Below, piece after piece: positions 29,453 to 42,329 of a stretch of 64,000 nt of DNA (the stretch's first letter is position 1; each line of letters begins with the position of its first letter). A program made the position numbers and the translations under genes. Source of the DNA: Octopus bimaculoides (taxonomy: Eukaryota); NCBI RefSeq assembly GCF_001194135.2, contig NC_068982.1, positions 99,170,169-99,234,168 of the forward strand. Direction: 5' to 3'. Below the pieces are notes generated by a model. The model saw nothing but the letters and a program-made list of their open reading frames with translations. It made no database searches and had not been told where the DNA came from.

Positions 29453-29735
29453 AGATTTGCTGTAATTCCTGACAGTGATCAGGTGTGGGTCTGGAGACTC
29501 TGTGATCAAGAATTTGATGTGAAAAAATTGCAGCCAACAACGAAACATGGCAGCTATTCTGTGATGGTCTGGGGAGCAATTTGGGGAAATGGCTGATCAG
29601 AGCTGATGGATGTGAGGGAAACATAAACTCATAAATAAGTGTCCATATAGCAGAAAGGACTCCTTCCAGTCTTCTCCAGTGGTGAAAAGATTAAAGACTC
29701 TTTATTTATGGAAGGTAAGGCTCTTTGTCACATGG
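29453..29735 (+). repeat. 283-bp direct duplicate of the Tc1 interior 31010-31292
   Basis: Base-by-base comparison shows only two substitutions (gtaattcc vs gtatttcc; aataagtg vs aatatgtg). The in-frame TGA after WGAIWGNG is shared. Confidence 0.95.
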
Positions 29736-30448
29736 GAAAACTTATGCAGGAGGGGGCATAGCGCTGTCCCACACTATACGTATGGGTGGGTAAAGTGGTG
29801 CAGAGAAAAAATAGTTATGATGATGATGATGTGGAGGAGGAGTGTATATGGAAGATAACATGTCATGAGTCAAGGCAAGTAAAGGTTGCCAGCATACAAC
29901 TACTCACCACTTAAGCAGCATCACACACACATATGTAGATGGATATATATATATATATATATAATACATATGTATATACATGTAGATACACATATGTATA
30001 AATATGTGTGTATATATATATATATATAATGCATATACATATGCATGAAAGTATGTGTGTGTGTATATATAGAATCATCATCATCAGCATTTAACATCTG
30101 TTTTCCATGCTTGCATAGGCTCAATGGTTTTACAGGATCCAGCAAGCCACAGGGGTGTGTCGAGCTCCAGTGTCAGGATGTTGGTAGGCAGTTGTTGACC
30201 CTATGTCTGGAGACTGGTTTATTTAGTGGCATCAATTCATTGCATTTGCTACTCCACATGGCAGAACAGAGTGTTGTTGCAGATTAGAGGAGGACTAACA
30301 CTATAGTAGTGATAGCCTTTCCCTGAGAGCTACCAGATTTGATGGTGCTGAATTAAAATTTGTTCGACTGTAAGCAATGGATATGCATATACATAGCTAT
30401 ATATGTGAATTATATAAACACATCTATGTATAAATGTGTATGTATACA

Positions 30449-31667
30449 CAGACATGACAGAAGTAAATAAAATCCCCATAAAACATCGCTTTATGTTTAT
30501 TCTAACTTGTAAAGGTTTATATTTTATTATTAATTGACATTTTTATGTTTCAGGTTCTATATGTGACTGTTTAACCATGCCATAAACAAAAGGAACTGTC
30601 TGAATTTCAAAGAGGCTATATTGATGGTCATTCTGAAGGTGGATATAGTCAGCATAAAATTGCAGAAAACCTTGGGATCCCACTTTCTACAGTTAATAGA
30701 GTGATTGTGCAATCCACCAGAGAGGGGAAGGAGTCCACATCACCTCATCCAGATCAACTAGGGCCCTTCTCTTTGTTAAGAGAAGTGCAGCGGATAATTC
30801 TCGTTGTAAGTCTTCTGACATAGCAGAACAAGTGATGTCAGTCCCAGAACAGCTTCAGGTATCTCCACAAACTTGGCTACTATGGCAGAGCAGCAAGAAG
30901 GAAGCCACATCTTCAACTAGCCAACATCAAGTGGAGATAAGATTGGGCCAGTGAGATGGTGGAGAGGCCACTAGTATTTTGGGACACTGTCATATTCTCT
31001 GATGAGTCCAGATTTGCTGTATTTCCTGACAGTGATCAGGTGTGGGTCTGGAGACTCTGTGATCAAGAATTTGATGTGAAAAAATTGCAGCCAACAACGA
31101 AACATGGCAGCTATTCTGTGATGGTCTGGGGAGCAATTTGGGGAAATGGCTGATCAGAGCTGATGGATGTGAGGGAAACATAAACTCATAAATATGTGTC
31201 CATATAGCAGAAAGGACTCCTTCCAGTCTTCTCCAGTGGTGAAAAGATTAAAGACTCTTTATTTATGGAAGGTAAGGCTCTTTGTCACATGGCTAAAATG
31301 ACCCAAGATTTGTTGGATGAGAAGAACATTAAAAAGCTTCCATGGCCAAGCCAATCACCAGATATGAACCCTATTGAACACCTCTGGGACATAATGGACA
31401 GAACACTTCATAAAAAGAACAAGAAAGCATCTTCAAAGCCAGATCTCTTGAAATTACTGTATGAAACTTGGCAAGAAATTCCTCAAGAGAATATTCATCT
31501 GATCAGTAACATGCCTAATAGAATCCTTGCATTGAAAAATGCAAAGGGCATGTCTACTAAATATTAAATATTCACATTATAACAATTAATAAATAATTTG
31601 AATGTATAATTTCAGATTTAAATAAACTTTAATGCTTATAAGGGTGTCCATTTACTTCTGTCACATG
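30449..31667 (+). mobile_element. Tc1-family DNA transposon (~1.2 kb), transposase pseudogenised
   Basis: Imperfect TIRs (catgacagaagtaaat near 30453 and atttacttctgtcacatg at 31650-31667) with TA flanks. Translations [33 protein letters not shown] and LPWPSQSPDMNPIEHLWDIMDR indicate a DD34E transposase. Confidence 0.92.
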
Positions 31668-32389
31668 TATATGTGTGTGCGTGTATATTCATATACAAAT
31701 GTATAGGCATGTGCTATACATGATTATTATCAACGAGGAATTGAAAGACACAACAAAGAAAAATATGTGAATTCTATGCATCTTTAACTTTGTAATTCCT
31801 TAATTTCTAATTCAAATTTCTAATCCTACATTATGAAGAAATGATTATCTCCCTTGTAATAGCTACCACCACTAGGGAAACCATATATACTTGAAAACTT
31901 CCAGCTGTGATTTCACAAGAATCTATTTTAAACTGTTAATGACAGTTAAAGCACATGTGTTAATGAATAAATGTCTGTTTTACTTTGTAAACGAAGGAGC
32001 ACTAAGAAACAACAGCTTGGATCAATTGTCTACACCTCAAAGACCATATCGAAAAATGGTTTGCAGAGTTGTTTGTAGCACATGAAATTACTGGTTGCCA
32101 TAAGACATTTTCACAAGGTAGAATTCCCTTGAAGACAGTTATTCTTAAACAACTAACATTCTATGAAGAAAAGAAAAAAATAAGAAACACATTCCATGGA
32201 TTTCTTTCAGATTGTAATTGTTTTCATCTTTAATGAAGCATCTCACTTTGTAAAATAACGTCACAAGTTAAATAATGCTGACAACTTCTAAAAAGAATGA
32301 AACAGTGCTAATGTGATTACTACTGACTAAAAATTTTAAGAACTTTGTTATAAAGCTGGGAACATTGGGGGAAATAGATTTTCTCAAGT

Positions 32390-33640
32390 GATCTGAGGAT
32401 TCCTAGAGGTAATAAATAGCTTTTTTTACTTTGGTGACCTAATTAGTAGTAGAGATATTCTGAAAGTATAGTTGCTAGAATAGGAACCAGCTGGATAAAG
32501 TTCACAGAGATATTACCTCTGCTGGTAACGAAAAGCCTTTATGTCAAAGTGAAAGGTAAACTGTATGATGCTTATGTACAAATACCAATGCTTACAGGAT
32601 AGTGAAACATGGCCCATGAATGCAGACAGCTTGAACAGACGAGAAAGTAATGAAGCAAGTATGCTCTGTTGGATGTACAATATCAGTGTGCATGTATGAC
32701 AAAGTGCAAACATGAGAGAAAAATTGGGCATAAACAACATCTAAGAAAACAGTGCTGGTATGGTCATGTGAAGAAGTGGAAGAGAGAAACTGCATAAAGA
32801 AGTGTTAATTGCAGATGAAACCTATAGAACTGGGAGACCCAGAAAGACATTGGATAAATAATGAGGATAACCTCATAATGTTGAGCCTTACAAAAGTGAT
32901 GAACAAAGACCAAGATGATTAGTGATTCGCTATGATCAAGAAGACATGTACATCTTGCAAAAATGATGTCCTAAAAGTATATCCTGTCTACACTACTACA
33001 CCCACTCTGTCTCTGTCAAACCTTCCTCACAACTCCTCTCTTTAATATCCAGTCCACTATCACTCTAACTACAACACTAGTAACTCAGCTGCTGTAATTA
33101 CATGAGAGCATTAATGCACATATCTCATCCCCTTTGAGTTATCTGTCATCTCTCTTTGGAACCACTTCACTTCGTCACTCAGTCTGTATTTTCTGCTAAA
33201 GAAACCTTCTCCAAGCTATATCAAATGACTGCCATACCTCATCCTTAACACCCTCTCATATCTGCTATCATTTTGAACACCTTCTGATATCAGCCAACGA
33301 TACCCTTTTCTACCACCTTTGTTCTTCATTCACTATATCCACTCCTACATACCTCTGACCTAATCTTCCCACTGTGCATCCCTCTCTCTCCCCAACTCTT
33401 CATACAATCTCCCCATCAGTCTATGGATTTATTATACAGCAACTCTCCATCATTTCCTCCCTTTTTGTACTACCACTTATCACCTCTTCCATCCTGACAC
33501 ACACTTATTTTCTTCACCTTCTCTCACAAACTGATATTCATATTAACCCTCCTTTCACTGTACTCACTGTACATTGACCCACCATTCACTGTACTCACTT
33601 TTATCCCCATCTCCAACCATCTATCATTCTCCTTTCACAT
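32390..33640 (+). mobile_element. Decayed RTE LINE 3' fragment with pyrimidine-rich 3' UTR
   Basis: Homologous to the 15-16 kb copy in the opposite orientation (tttggtgacctaattagtagt...gttgctagaatagg...ttacctctgctggtaacgaaagcc...ggtatggtcatgtg). Confidence 0.8.
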
Positions 33641-34069
33641 TCCCACCTTTCCCAATCCTCTATCCCTATTCTCACATATTAATTTTCTTGTACATTGAGA
33701 CATCATGTTCATCAGTCCAACCCATGTCACCATGGAAGATAAAAATATGATGATGATGATGATATACATGTGTGTGTGTGTGTATATACAGATATATATA
33801 TTTATACACACACGCACTTATTTACATATAAATATATCATCATAATTAAAAGTCCAAGTTGTATGCTGGCATAGGTTGGATGGTTTGACAAGATCCAGTA
33901 GATCCAAAGACAGCATCATGCTCCATTGTCTATATTGGCATAGATTCAATGGCTGGATGCTTTCCTTCATGCAAATCACTTTACAACATGTCCTTGGCGC
34001 ATTTTTCATGCTAACATTGAAGTCACTGCACAGCGTGCAAGACTACAAATCCCAAGAGAGGCAACTCTC

Positions 34070-36240
34070 TGCTAGGAAATGAGGGATTACTATAAGAGGG
34101 AACGGGCCAGAGCAGAACATTTCTTGCAATAGAGGAACTGCATGGATATTCACACTTTAGAAGGGGTGGGTGTGAATCAGGAAAGAGTTGAGAAAAATTT
34201 TTTTAAATAGGTGATGAGGTATCTGGGTAGACCTTCAAGGTATAAGGTGAGTAGAAGTGAGTGGTGATAAACTATGAGTGTGGGCAGTTAAAGGTTGTAA
34301 GATTATATGTGAGGGTGAGAGATGGGAATCAGTAAGGGGATGTGAATATAACGAAAAAGAAGTGTTGGGGAATGGATGTAGTAAATGGTGGATAAGCTCC
34401 AATGGATGCAGAGGAGGTGGGGTGAAGAGCAGTAATGTTGATACAGTAGACAGGAGAAGATGAGTGAAAGAGAGAGATGACATGTGGTTGGGTAGGATGC
34501 CAGAGTGGTGGGGAAGAGAGGCAGGTACAGTGTGAGGAGAGTGAGAGACGTATGGTGGTGGAAAGGAGATGATATGGTGGCTCAGAGGATAATAAATATA
34601 AAATGTGGGTGGAGAGGACAGTACAAGGATGAAGAATGGATATCTAGTGAAATGGTTCTGGATAGTGAGAAAGGCTACAGAGGTGATGGGTGATGGTGTC
34701 TGGGAGAGGAAATTGGGCAAGAGGCCCAGCTGTGCATAAATATGACCATACAGTATTTCCAGGACTTAGTCTTGCCAATTGGGCAGGTTTCCTAGAGAAG
34801 TACACATCGCCAGTCACCCCAGTCTTTTGTCATCTCCAGGAGACTCAAGATCCTGAGATCAGTCTTCACCATTTCATCCTATGTTTTCCAGGATCTCTGT
34901 CTTCCATAAGTTCCATCCACCTTTAGTGATGATTAACACTTCTTTATACAATGGTTCTTATCCATAAACATCACCATACCAGCGGTCTTCTTTCTTGCAC
35001 TCTATATCTCACTCTTCTTATGCTCAAAGATTTTCTCAACATATCTGCACTTTGTTATTCATGCACACTGACTTAACAGGTTCATCAGAACATGCTAGTT
35101 TCATTACTTTCTAATCCTTGCATTCATGGTCCATGTTCACTACCATGTAACTGCTGTTTGTACACAAGCATCATACAATTCTCAGAAAAAACACTTTCTG
35201 TTACCAATAAAGGTAATAGCTCTCTGCACTTTTTCCAGTATTTTCTTATTCTAGCAACTATACTTTCGGAACAACTTCCTTCACTGCTAATTAGGTCACC
35301 TAAGTAACAGAAGGTATCTACTACTTTTAGGGATCCATCTGAGCATTTGAAAAAATTTGTTACACGTGTACTCTTCTGAGTGGTTATTGCTTCTGTGCAT
35401 CTGTCACATACAAAGTCTGTTTTCTCTATTAACCGGGCTAGTGACACCATTGCACCACTTATGTGTCCACAATTTGCATTGGATACACCACAGGGAATTT
35501 TTACCTACCCCTTTTCTACATATGAAGCAAAGCCATTTCCCTGATGTGAGCAAGATCCTGTTTGCTTTCCTACTTACTAAAACTTTGGTCTTTGCTAAGT
35601 TAACTTTGAGGGCTTCTGATTCCAGGTTTTGCTTCCAAACCTGGAATTTTTTCTAGGACAGATTCAGTTATAAAAATGTGGCCATCAAGCTAGAGCAATT
35701 CTCTTGGACAACCAGGCTTAAACTCCTATATTTATGGCTTGGAGGACTATAATGAATAAGAGGAGCTCTGATGAACTAGCTGCACATTAAATCTGCTACT
35801 TTACTTGTTAACTCCTACCTTACTGATAATACCTCTGTACATGGCTTGCATGGCTCACACAAGCCATTTGTCAACTTCTAAATTAGTGACCAGTAGATCA
35901 TAAAGCAAGTGATGATGCCAAAGGCTTTCTCCAGGTAGATGAATGCTAAGCACAGTAGCTTACTTTTAGTCAAGTACTTCACCAGCAGTTGCCTCGCCAG
36001 GAAGAGGGCATCTGTAGCAACTTTCCCAGACAAAAAACTGAACTGCACTTCCTCTAGTCTTTATCTAAATAATCTATCCCTCCTTCAGTAACTTGTACAA
36101 CCTGGTCCAGTAATTATCAGATACCTCTGATATTATCTCTCACTAAGACATCTTTACATTTGTAACAATTGATTATATTGCTACAACACCAGTCATTGGG
36201 TATGACACCTGCCTGTACAACTGATTGACTATGCAGGAAG
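34070..36240 (-). mobile_element. Decayed RTE LINE (RT region to purine-rich 3' UTR on the + strand)
   Basis: Minus translations VQFSFLSGKVATDALFLARQLL, LAFIYLEKAF and KVVDTFCYLGDLISSEGSCSESIVARIRKYWKKCRELLPLLV match RT motifs QFGF...TTDAIF and AFVDLEKAFD. Confidence 0.85.
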
Positions 36241-36404
36241 CTAGGCTGTACAATAAGGATTTTGCCATGGTCCAGGAGATTTTCCTGCCTTCATAATTGG
36301 TCTATGTATACATACAAATATATAAATACATACACATATATACATAATCATATGCACATACATAAACACACACACACACACATAGAAAGATATATGGTGC
36401 TTGG

Positions 36405-36575
36405 ACAGGCATGGCTGTATAATGAAAAGGTTCACTTTCCAGATATATGGCTTCACCTTCATTCCAACTGCACGGCACCTTGGGCAAATGTCTTCTATAA
36501 TAACCACTGGCTCACCCAAACCTCTGAAGTCGATTTATTGATAAGGAATTTTCAAGAAGCCTGCTGTATTTGTGC

Positions 36576-36614
<39 letters not shown>

Positions 36615-36850
36615 CGCGCACGCACACACACAAACACATATGTATAAATGAATGTGTGCTCGGTTGCTTGTGTTTCCTTGCCTTAACAGCAAGCAATAGT
36701 TGTATATGAGTATTATTGTCAAGCAGTATCCTTTATTTCCAATCTTCTTTGAAAACATGTCTGGCCTTGAGGAAATATTACCTTACTTGGAAACAGATGA
36801 GGGTTAATGACAGAAAGGGCATCCTGCCTTAGAAAAATCTGCCTCATGCA
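36405..36850 (+). mobile_element. tRNA/CORE-type SINE with internal (GT)n
   Basis: ggctgtataatgaaaagg...ggcaccttgggcaaatgtcttct head, (GT)n, then ...ttaccttacttggaaacagatgagggtt...gaaagggcatcc. Confidence 0.75.
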
Positions 36851-36942
36851 AGTTTGGAAAATCCTCCTCTTCATTGTTTATTGTCTATTTTTCTATGGTT
36901 GCATAGCTCTGAATGGAGTTCAATGAAGTTGGTGTCCTTCCA

Positions 36943-37400
36943 GTCACCAACCCTCACCTGTTTCCAAGATAATATTTCCCCATGGCCAGATGTTTCTCAC
37001 AAGTGACTGAAAACAAACGACACCATTTGTATAAGGATGATCCATGTTTACAGCATCACATGATACCAAGACAAGTGGAGACACACACACACATAGATGC
37101 TTGTGTATAAATACATAGACACACATACATTATCATCATCCTCATCATTTAATGCCCACTTTTGCATATTTGCAGGAGTCACATAGCATGTTGAGGCAGA
37201 TTTTCTATGGTCAACCTTCTCAACCACACACACACACACACACACACAAATACACACAATGGGCTTTTATTAGTTTCCATCTTCCAAATCCACTCACAAG
37301 GCTTTTGTTGGCCCATTGTTACAGTGGAAGATATGTGCCCAAGGTGTTGTATTGTGGAACTCAACCCAGAACCATATGCTTGGGAAGCAAGCTTCTTAAC
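36943..37400 (-). mobile_element. Same SINE family in the opposite orientation
   Basis: gtcaccaaccctcacctgtttccaag...(CA)n...ccaaatccactcacaaggc...gcccaaggtg...cttcttaaccacacagcc is the reverse complement of the family layout. Confidence 0.75.
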
Positions 37401-38749
37401 CACACAGCCAATAATGATGATATAGGATCAGGCATGGCTGTGTGATTTCAGAAGTTCACTTCCCAACCACTTGGTTTCATACTAAGTCACACTGAATGAC
37501 ATTTGGGGCTTGTGTCTGTAACTACAAACCTGATCCACAGAAGAAGACCCTTGTAAGTGGATCTGGTTTAAGAAAACCAAAACATCCCTGCATATATGTG
37601 TGTACGTACATGCACATGAAACATGTGCAGCCATGACAAAACATTTACTTTGCATGGAAACAGATAAATGTTTGTGACAGAAAGTGCAACCTACCTTAAC
37701 AAATTTATGCTGAAAAATGCCAAGTATGGAAAAGTAGAATGTAAAATGGACATATGTATGTGTGCATATATATATATATACACATATCCATATAAAAAGA
37801 TATGTGTAGATATATATATATATAATGCACAGATGTATTGTATATGTATATTTATATGCGTGTGTATGTATATAATATACACACACACACATACATACAT
37901 ATCCATATAAACAAATAAATAAGTGTAGATATCTATATAAATATACATATAATGCAGATATATGTATACATTGTATATTTATATATGTGTGTGTATGATA
38001 TATATATATATATATATATATCACTGTATTGACCAGACTATCAGACATCATTATACATCACTGGTCACAATGCACTTCCCTTTCTTTCATGACTGCACCA
38101 TTCTTTTATATCTTGGTCCAAATCGTTAAACTAAATTAGTTTCCCATTATCATAGTGGCCTTTTCCAATCTCTTAGATGCCACTTGGCAAGTGTACACGT
38201 TCACATATTGCCAGTGAACCTTGTGACATGTCTGGTTCAGCAGAACTTATGCTTTAAGTATTTTGTGATCACAGCATTCATTCCACTCTGTCCTCAACTT
38301 TTTTCATTTCACATATGTTCTCATAAACATATTCCTAGTATAGATCTTTCCATAGCCCTTTGCTTTGTAGCCAATCAATGTTCTTCCTTCCTTGTAGGAG
38401 TCCACATATAAGAACATAGATCAGATGATGCTATTAAATAGTCTGGCACATATGGTCTTGTCTAATGCCTTTCACCCTGTCCTTATTCTCTGCAAGATTT
38501 CAGCATCCATTTTTTGGAACATATTCATTGTGTACCCTAAGTAGACATATTCCTTTACCTTCTCAATTTCATTGCTTCCTGCCTCTATTTGGCCTTGAGC
38601 TATATTTTCAGACCATGTACATTATGTTTTCATGCAATTCATTTTAAGGCCTATTCTGGTCAGGGAAAATGTAAAGAGCCCTCAAGATGATGAAAGCAAA
38701 GTTCCAGGAAAAGGCAGCATAACAGCAGAGATGTTAAGGTGCAGTGTTG

Positions 38750-39345
38750 AAGAGCTATGAGAAAAGTCTTATTCTATGCTTCAATCGCTATCTGAAGGAG
38801 GGTAAAATGCCCTCTCTGTGAAAAGAGTCAAATACCATCTTGCTTCATAAGAAGATTTAAGAAATTATTGGCCTATATGCCTCTTGTCTCACCTCTACAA
38901 GCTGTTTACAAAACTCTACGTCACTAGACTATTGAAACATCACGGGTTACATATTCACTCTAACACGGAGAAGTACAGGCCACCGCTGTGCATCGCTTTT
39001 GTTGACTATGAAAAGGTCTTCGATAGCATCGAAGGTATAATACACAAAATTGCTCAGGGATGCAAATTGTACATGCTCCACTGATATAATTCTGCTATCA
39101 TCACCAGTAAGAGTTCCAACTGGAAAGGACATCAGAGAAGGAGACACCATCTCACCAAAGCTCTTCACCAAATGTCTAGAAATAGTCATCAGAGACACTG
39201 ACAGGTCAGGCGGCATGAACATCAATGGTGAGTTACACACACAGCTCTAATTGATATCATACTTATTGCTGAAAACATAAATCAACTACAGACCATGCTG
39301 ACAGAGCTGGACACCCATAGCTCAGCAGTAGGTTTTAAAATGAAT
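38750..39345 (+). mobile_element. Internally deleted RTE (BovB-like) LINE RT fragment, a different subfamily from the 15 kb and 35 kb copies
   Basis: Translations LSHLYKLFTK, PLCIAFVDYEKVFDSI, IREGDTISPKLFTKCLE and GMNINGE match RTE RT motifs (LIFVDFEKAFDSV, VRQGDxxSPKLF). Confidence 0.8.
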
Positions 39346-39346
39346 T

Positions 39347-39382
<36 letters not shown>

Positions 39383-39920
39383 TATATATATTCTGTGGCA
39401 CTGGAACTAGTGATGAGTGCTTCATATATGGCATGGTTAAAAGCCTCAAGTGGCCCCTATAATGGAAGGAGAACAGGGAAATGAGTGAGCAATGATTCTA
39501 GGTGGAAGGATGATGAGTGGTGAGAGGAAAAACCATGGTAGGGAACAGAAGAGAAGGAAGGAATTAGTGACATGATTGAGAAAAAAAGAAGGATAAAGTT
39601 GAAAAGGTGATAGGGTGGATTGTGCAAGGGAAGGTTGAGGTGGGGCTGTCCAATGTTATAAAGGACTAAGTATAGATAGGTGTTATGGGAAAGGAAACAG
39701 GAAGGGAGCAACAGACTAGGCTGAAGTAAAAATTTGAGAGAGCAATTGCAAGAGAGATAGAGTTGATAGCTGCAGGAAAAGGGGACAGGGATGGAGCAAC
39801 AGACTAGGGTGGATAGGAATCCTGTGAGAGTCATTGAAGGAAAGAGGTGGGGAGAGTTGTAGGTGTAGTCTAGAAAGGGAAAGATCGGAAAGGTTGTTAA
39901 GTCAAAGAAAATGTGTGTGA

Positions 39921-40196
39921 ATATATGTATATATTTACAAACACACACACACTCATATGCATACATGTTTATTTGTATAGAGGGATATGTGTGCGTGTAT
40001 ATATAATCATCATCATCATCATCATCGTCGTTTAACGTCCGCTTTCCATGCTAGCATGGGTTGGATGGAAAGTGGACATTAAACGACGACGATGATGATG
40101 ATGATTATATATACACGCACACATATCCCTCTATACAAATAAACATGTATGCATATGAGTGTGTGTGTGTGTGTGTGTGTAAATATATACATATAT
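39921..40196. repeat. Long inverted repeat (fold-back palindrome) with ~130-bp arms and a ~15-nt centre
   Basis: The left arm ...ctcatatgcatacatgtttatttgtatagagggatatgtgtgcgtgtatatataatcatcatc...tttaacgtccgctttccat is the reverse complement of the right arm atggaaagtggacattaaacgacgacgatgatg...ctctatacaaataaacatgtatgcatatgag... Confidence 0.95.
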
Positions 40197-40783
40197 ATAT
40201 ATACACATACACATGGATATACATAAATATATAAATGCATATATATCTATATATATATATATATGTATAGCAGGTGTAGGCATCGATGTAAGATTAATAG
40301 TAAGCCTGCTTCTCAATCACATGGCCTGGGTTCAGTCCTACTGCATGGCACCTTTGTTTGTATCTTGTATGCAAACCTAAGGGAAATATTAACTTGTTTG
40401 CTTAGAGGAATAGGGTGGTGAGATGCAGGGTATGCAGATATAGAAAACTTACCTCAACAAAATCTATGTGACTAATGCATAGAAAAGTGGAAGTAAACGA
40501 AAGGTGTGTGTATATATATGTGTGTGTGTGTGTGTGTGCATATACACATCATTATATAAAAACTACATATATATAGTTATACACTGAACTTCACAAGGTG
40601 CAGCTTAAATCATCTAATTAACGTATTTGCTACAAGTGCTATACAACTAATTTGAAATTGATTAGATTTATAACCAATGTACGTGAAATAAAGAGAGGAA
40701 AGAATCAATCTCAAATACATCCACTTAAAAATACGCATTTATATTCACGTGTATGTCTATGTATGTACGTGTGTGTGTGTCAG

Positions 40784-40819
<36 letters not shown>

Positions 40820-41250
40820 TAGGTTCGAGTGTGATTGTGTGGTTAAAAATATTTCTTAATTACATAGTTTCGAGTACAGCCTCACTGGTTGGCACTTTGT
40901 GCAAATGTCTTCTTGCCACAGGACGAATAAATTTGGTAGACTGAAAGAATATATATATATTGCTATGAGTGTATGTGTGCATACATGCGTGTGTTACAGC
41001 CGCTTTGTCTTGGCATCACGTGATAGTTGTAAACGAGCATCACCGTCATGCAAGCAGTGTCCTTCGTTTCCAATCTTCCATGGAAACATGATAGGCAGGT
41101 GGGGAGATTACCTTACTTGGAAACAAGTGAGTGTTGGCGGAAAAAGGGGCACCCAGTGGTAGAAAATCTGCCTCAAAAAATCCCGTTTGACCCATGCGAA
41201 CATGGGGGGAAAGTGGACGTAAAACGACAGCTACGACGATGACGATACAT
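40820..41250 (+). mobile_element. tRNA/CORE-type SINE with RTE-type tail, retaining many CpGs
   Basis: Same modular family as at 28.3 and 36.4 kb (gtcttggcatcacgtgatagttgtaaacgagc...ttaccttacttggaaacaagtgag...aaagtggacgtaaaacgac). Confidence 0.75.
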
Positions 41251-41510
41251 ATATGCAAGTATCTATATGAATTTGATGAACGAAAATAAACTCAGGCTCA
41301 ACTGGCTGAAGCTAAGGTGAATTTTAACGAAAGAATCTGTTCTATAAAATGACACTGAATGCAATAATTAATGAAAAAGAAAGGGGGAGAAAAAAGTAGT
41401 GTTGGATGTAGAAAAAGTGGTGACAAAGGGAGAAGGAAAAAAAAGCAAGCTCAGTAATGAAGATTTCAGCTTGACTACATTGACAGTTGCAGTCTAAACG
41501 TCAAAACAGT

Positions 41511-41546
<36 letters not shown>

Positions 41547-42294
41547 NNNNNNNNNNNNNNNNNNNNNNNNNNNNNNNNNNNNNNNNNNNNNNNNNNNNNN
41601 NNNNNNNNNNNNNNNNNNNNNNNNNNNNNNNNNNNNNNNNNNNNNNNNNNNNNNNNNNNNNNNNNNNNNNNNNNNNNNNNNNNNNNNNNNNNNNNNNNNN
41701 NNNNNNNNNNNNNNNNNNNNNNNNNNNNNNNNNNNNNNNNNNNNNNNNNNNNNNNNNNNNNNNNNNNNNNNNNNNNNNNNNNNNNNNNNNNNNNNNNNNN
41801 NNNNNNNNNNNNNNNNNNNNNNNNNNNNNNNNNNNNNNNNNNNNNNNNNNNNNNNNNNNNNNNNNNNNNNNNNNNNNNNNNNNNNNNNNNNNNNNNNNNN
41901 NNNNNNNNNNNNNNNNNNNNNNNNNNNNNNNNNNNNNNNNNNNNNNNNNNNNNNNNNNNNNNNNNNNNNNNNNNNNNNNNNNNNNNNNNNNNNNNNNNNN
42001 NNNNNNNNNNNNNNNNNNNNNNNNNNNNNNNNNNNNNNNNNNNNNNNNNNNNNNNNNNNNNNNNNNNNNNNNNNNNNNNNNNNNNNNNNNNNNNNNNNNN
42101 NNNNNNNNNNNNNNNNNNNNNNNNNNNNNNNNNNNNNNNNNNNNNNNNNNNNNNNNNNNNNNNNNNNNNNNNNNNNNNNNNNNNNNNNNNNNNNNNNNNN
42201 NNNNNNNNNNNNNNNNNNNNNNNNNNNNNNNNNNNNNNNNNNNNNNNNNNNNNNNNNNNNNNNNNNNNNNNNNNNNNNNNNNNNNNNNNNNNNN

Positions 42295-42329
<35 letters not shown>

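Noticed and set aside
34235-34720. 161-aa Pro/Ser/His/Leu-rich minus ORF (similar ones at 10541 and 39457)
   Set aside because: These are translations of pyrimidine-rich RTE 3' UTR remnants, not genes.
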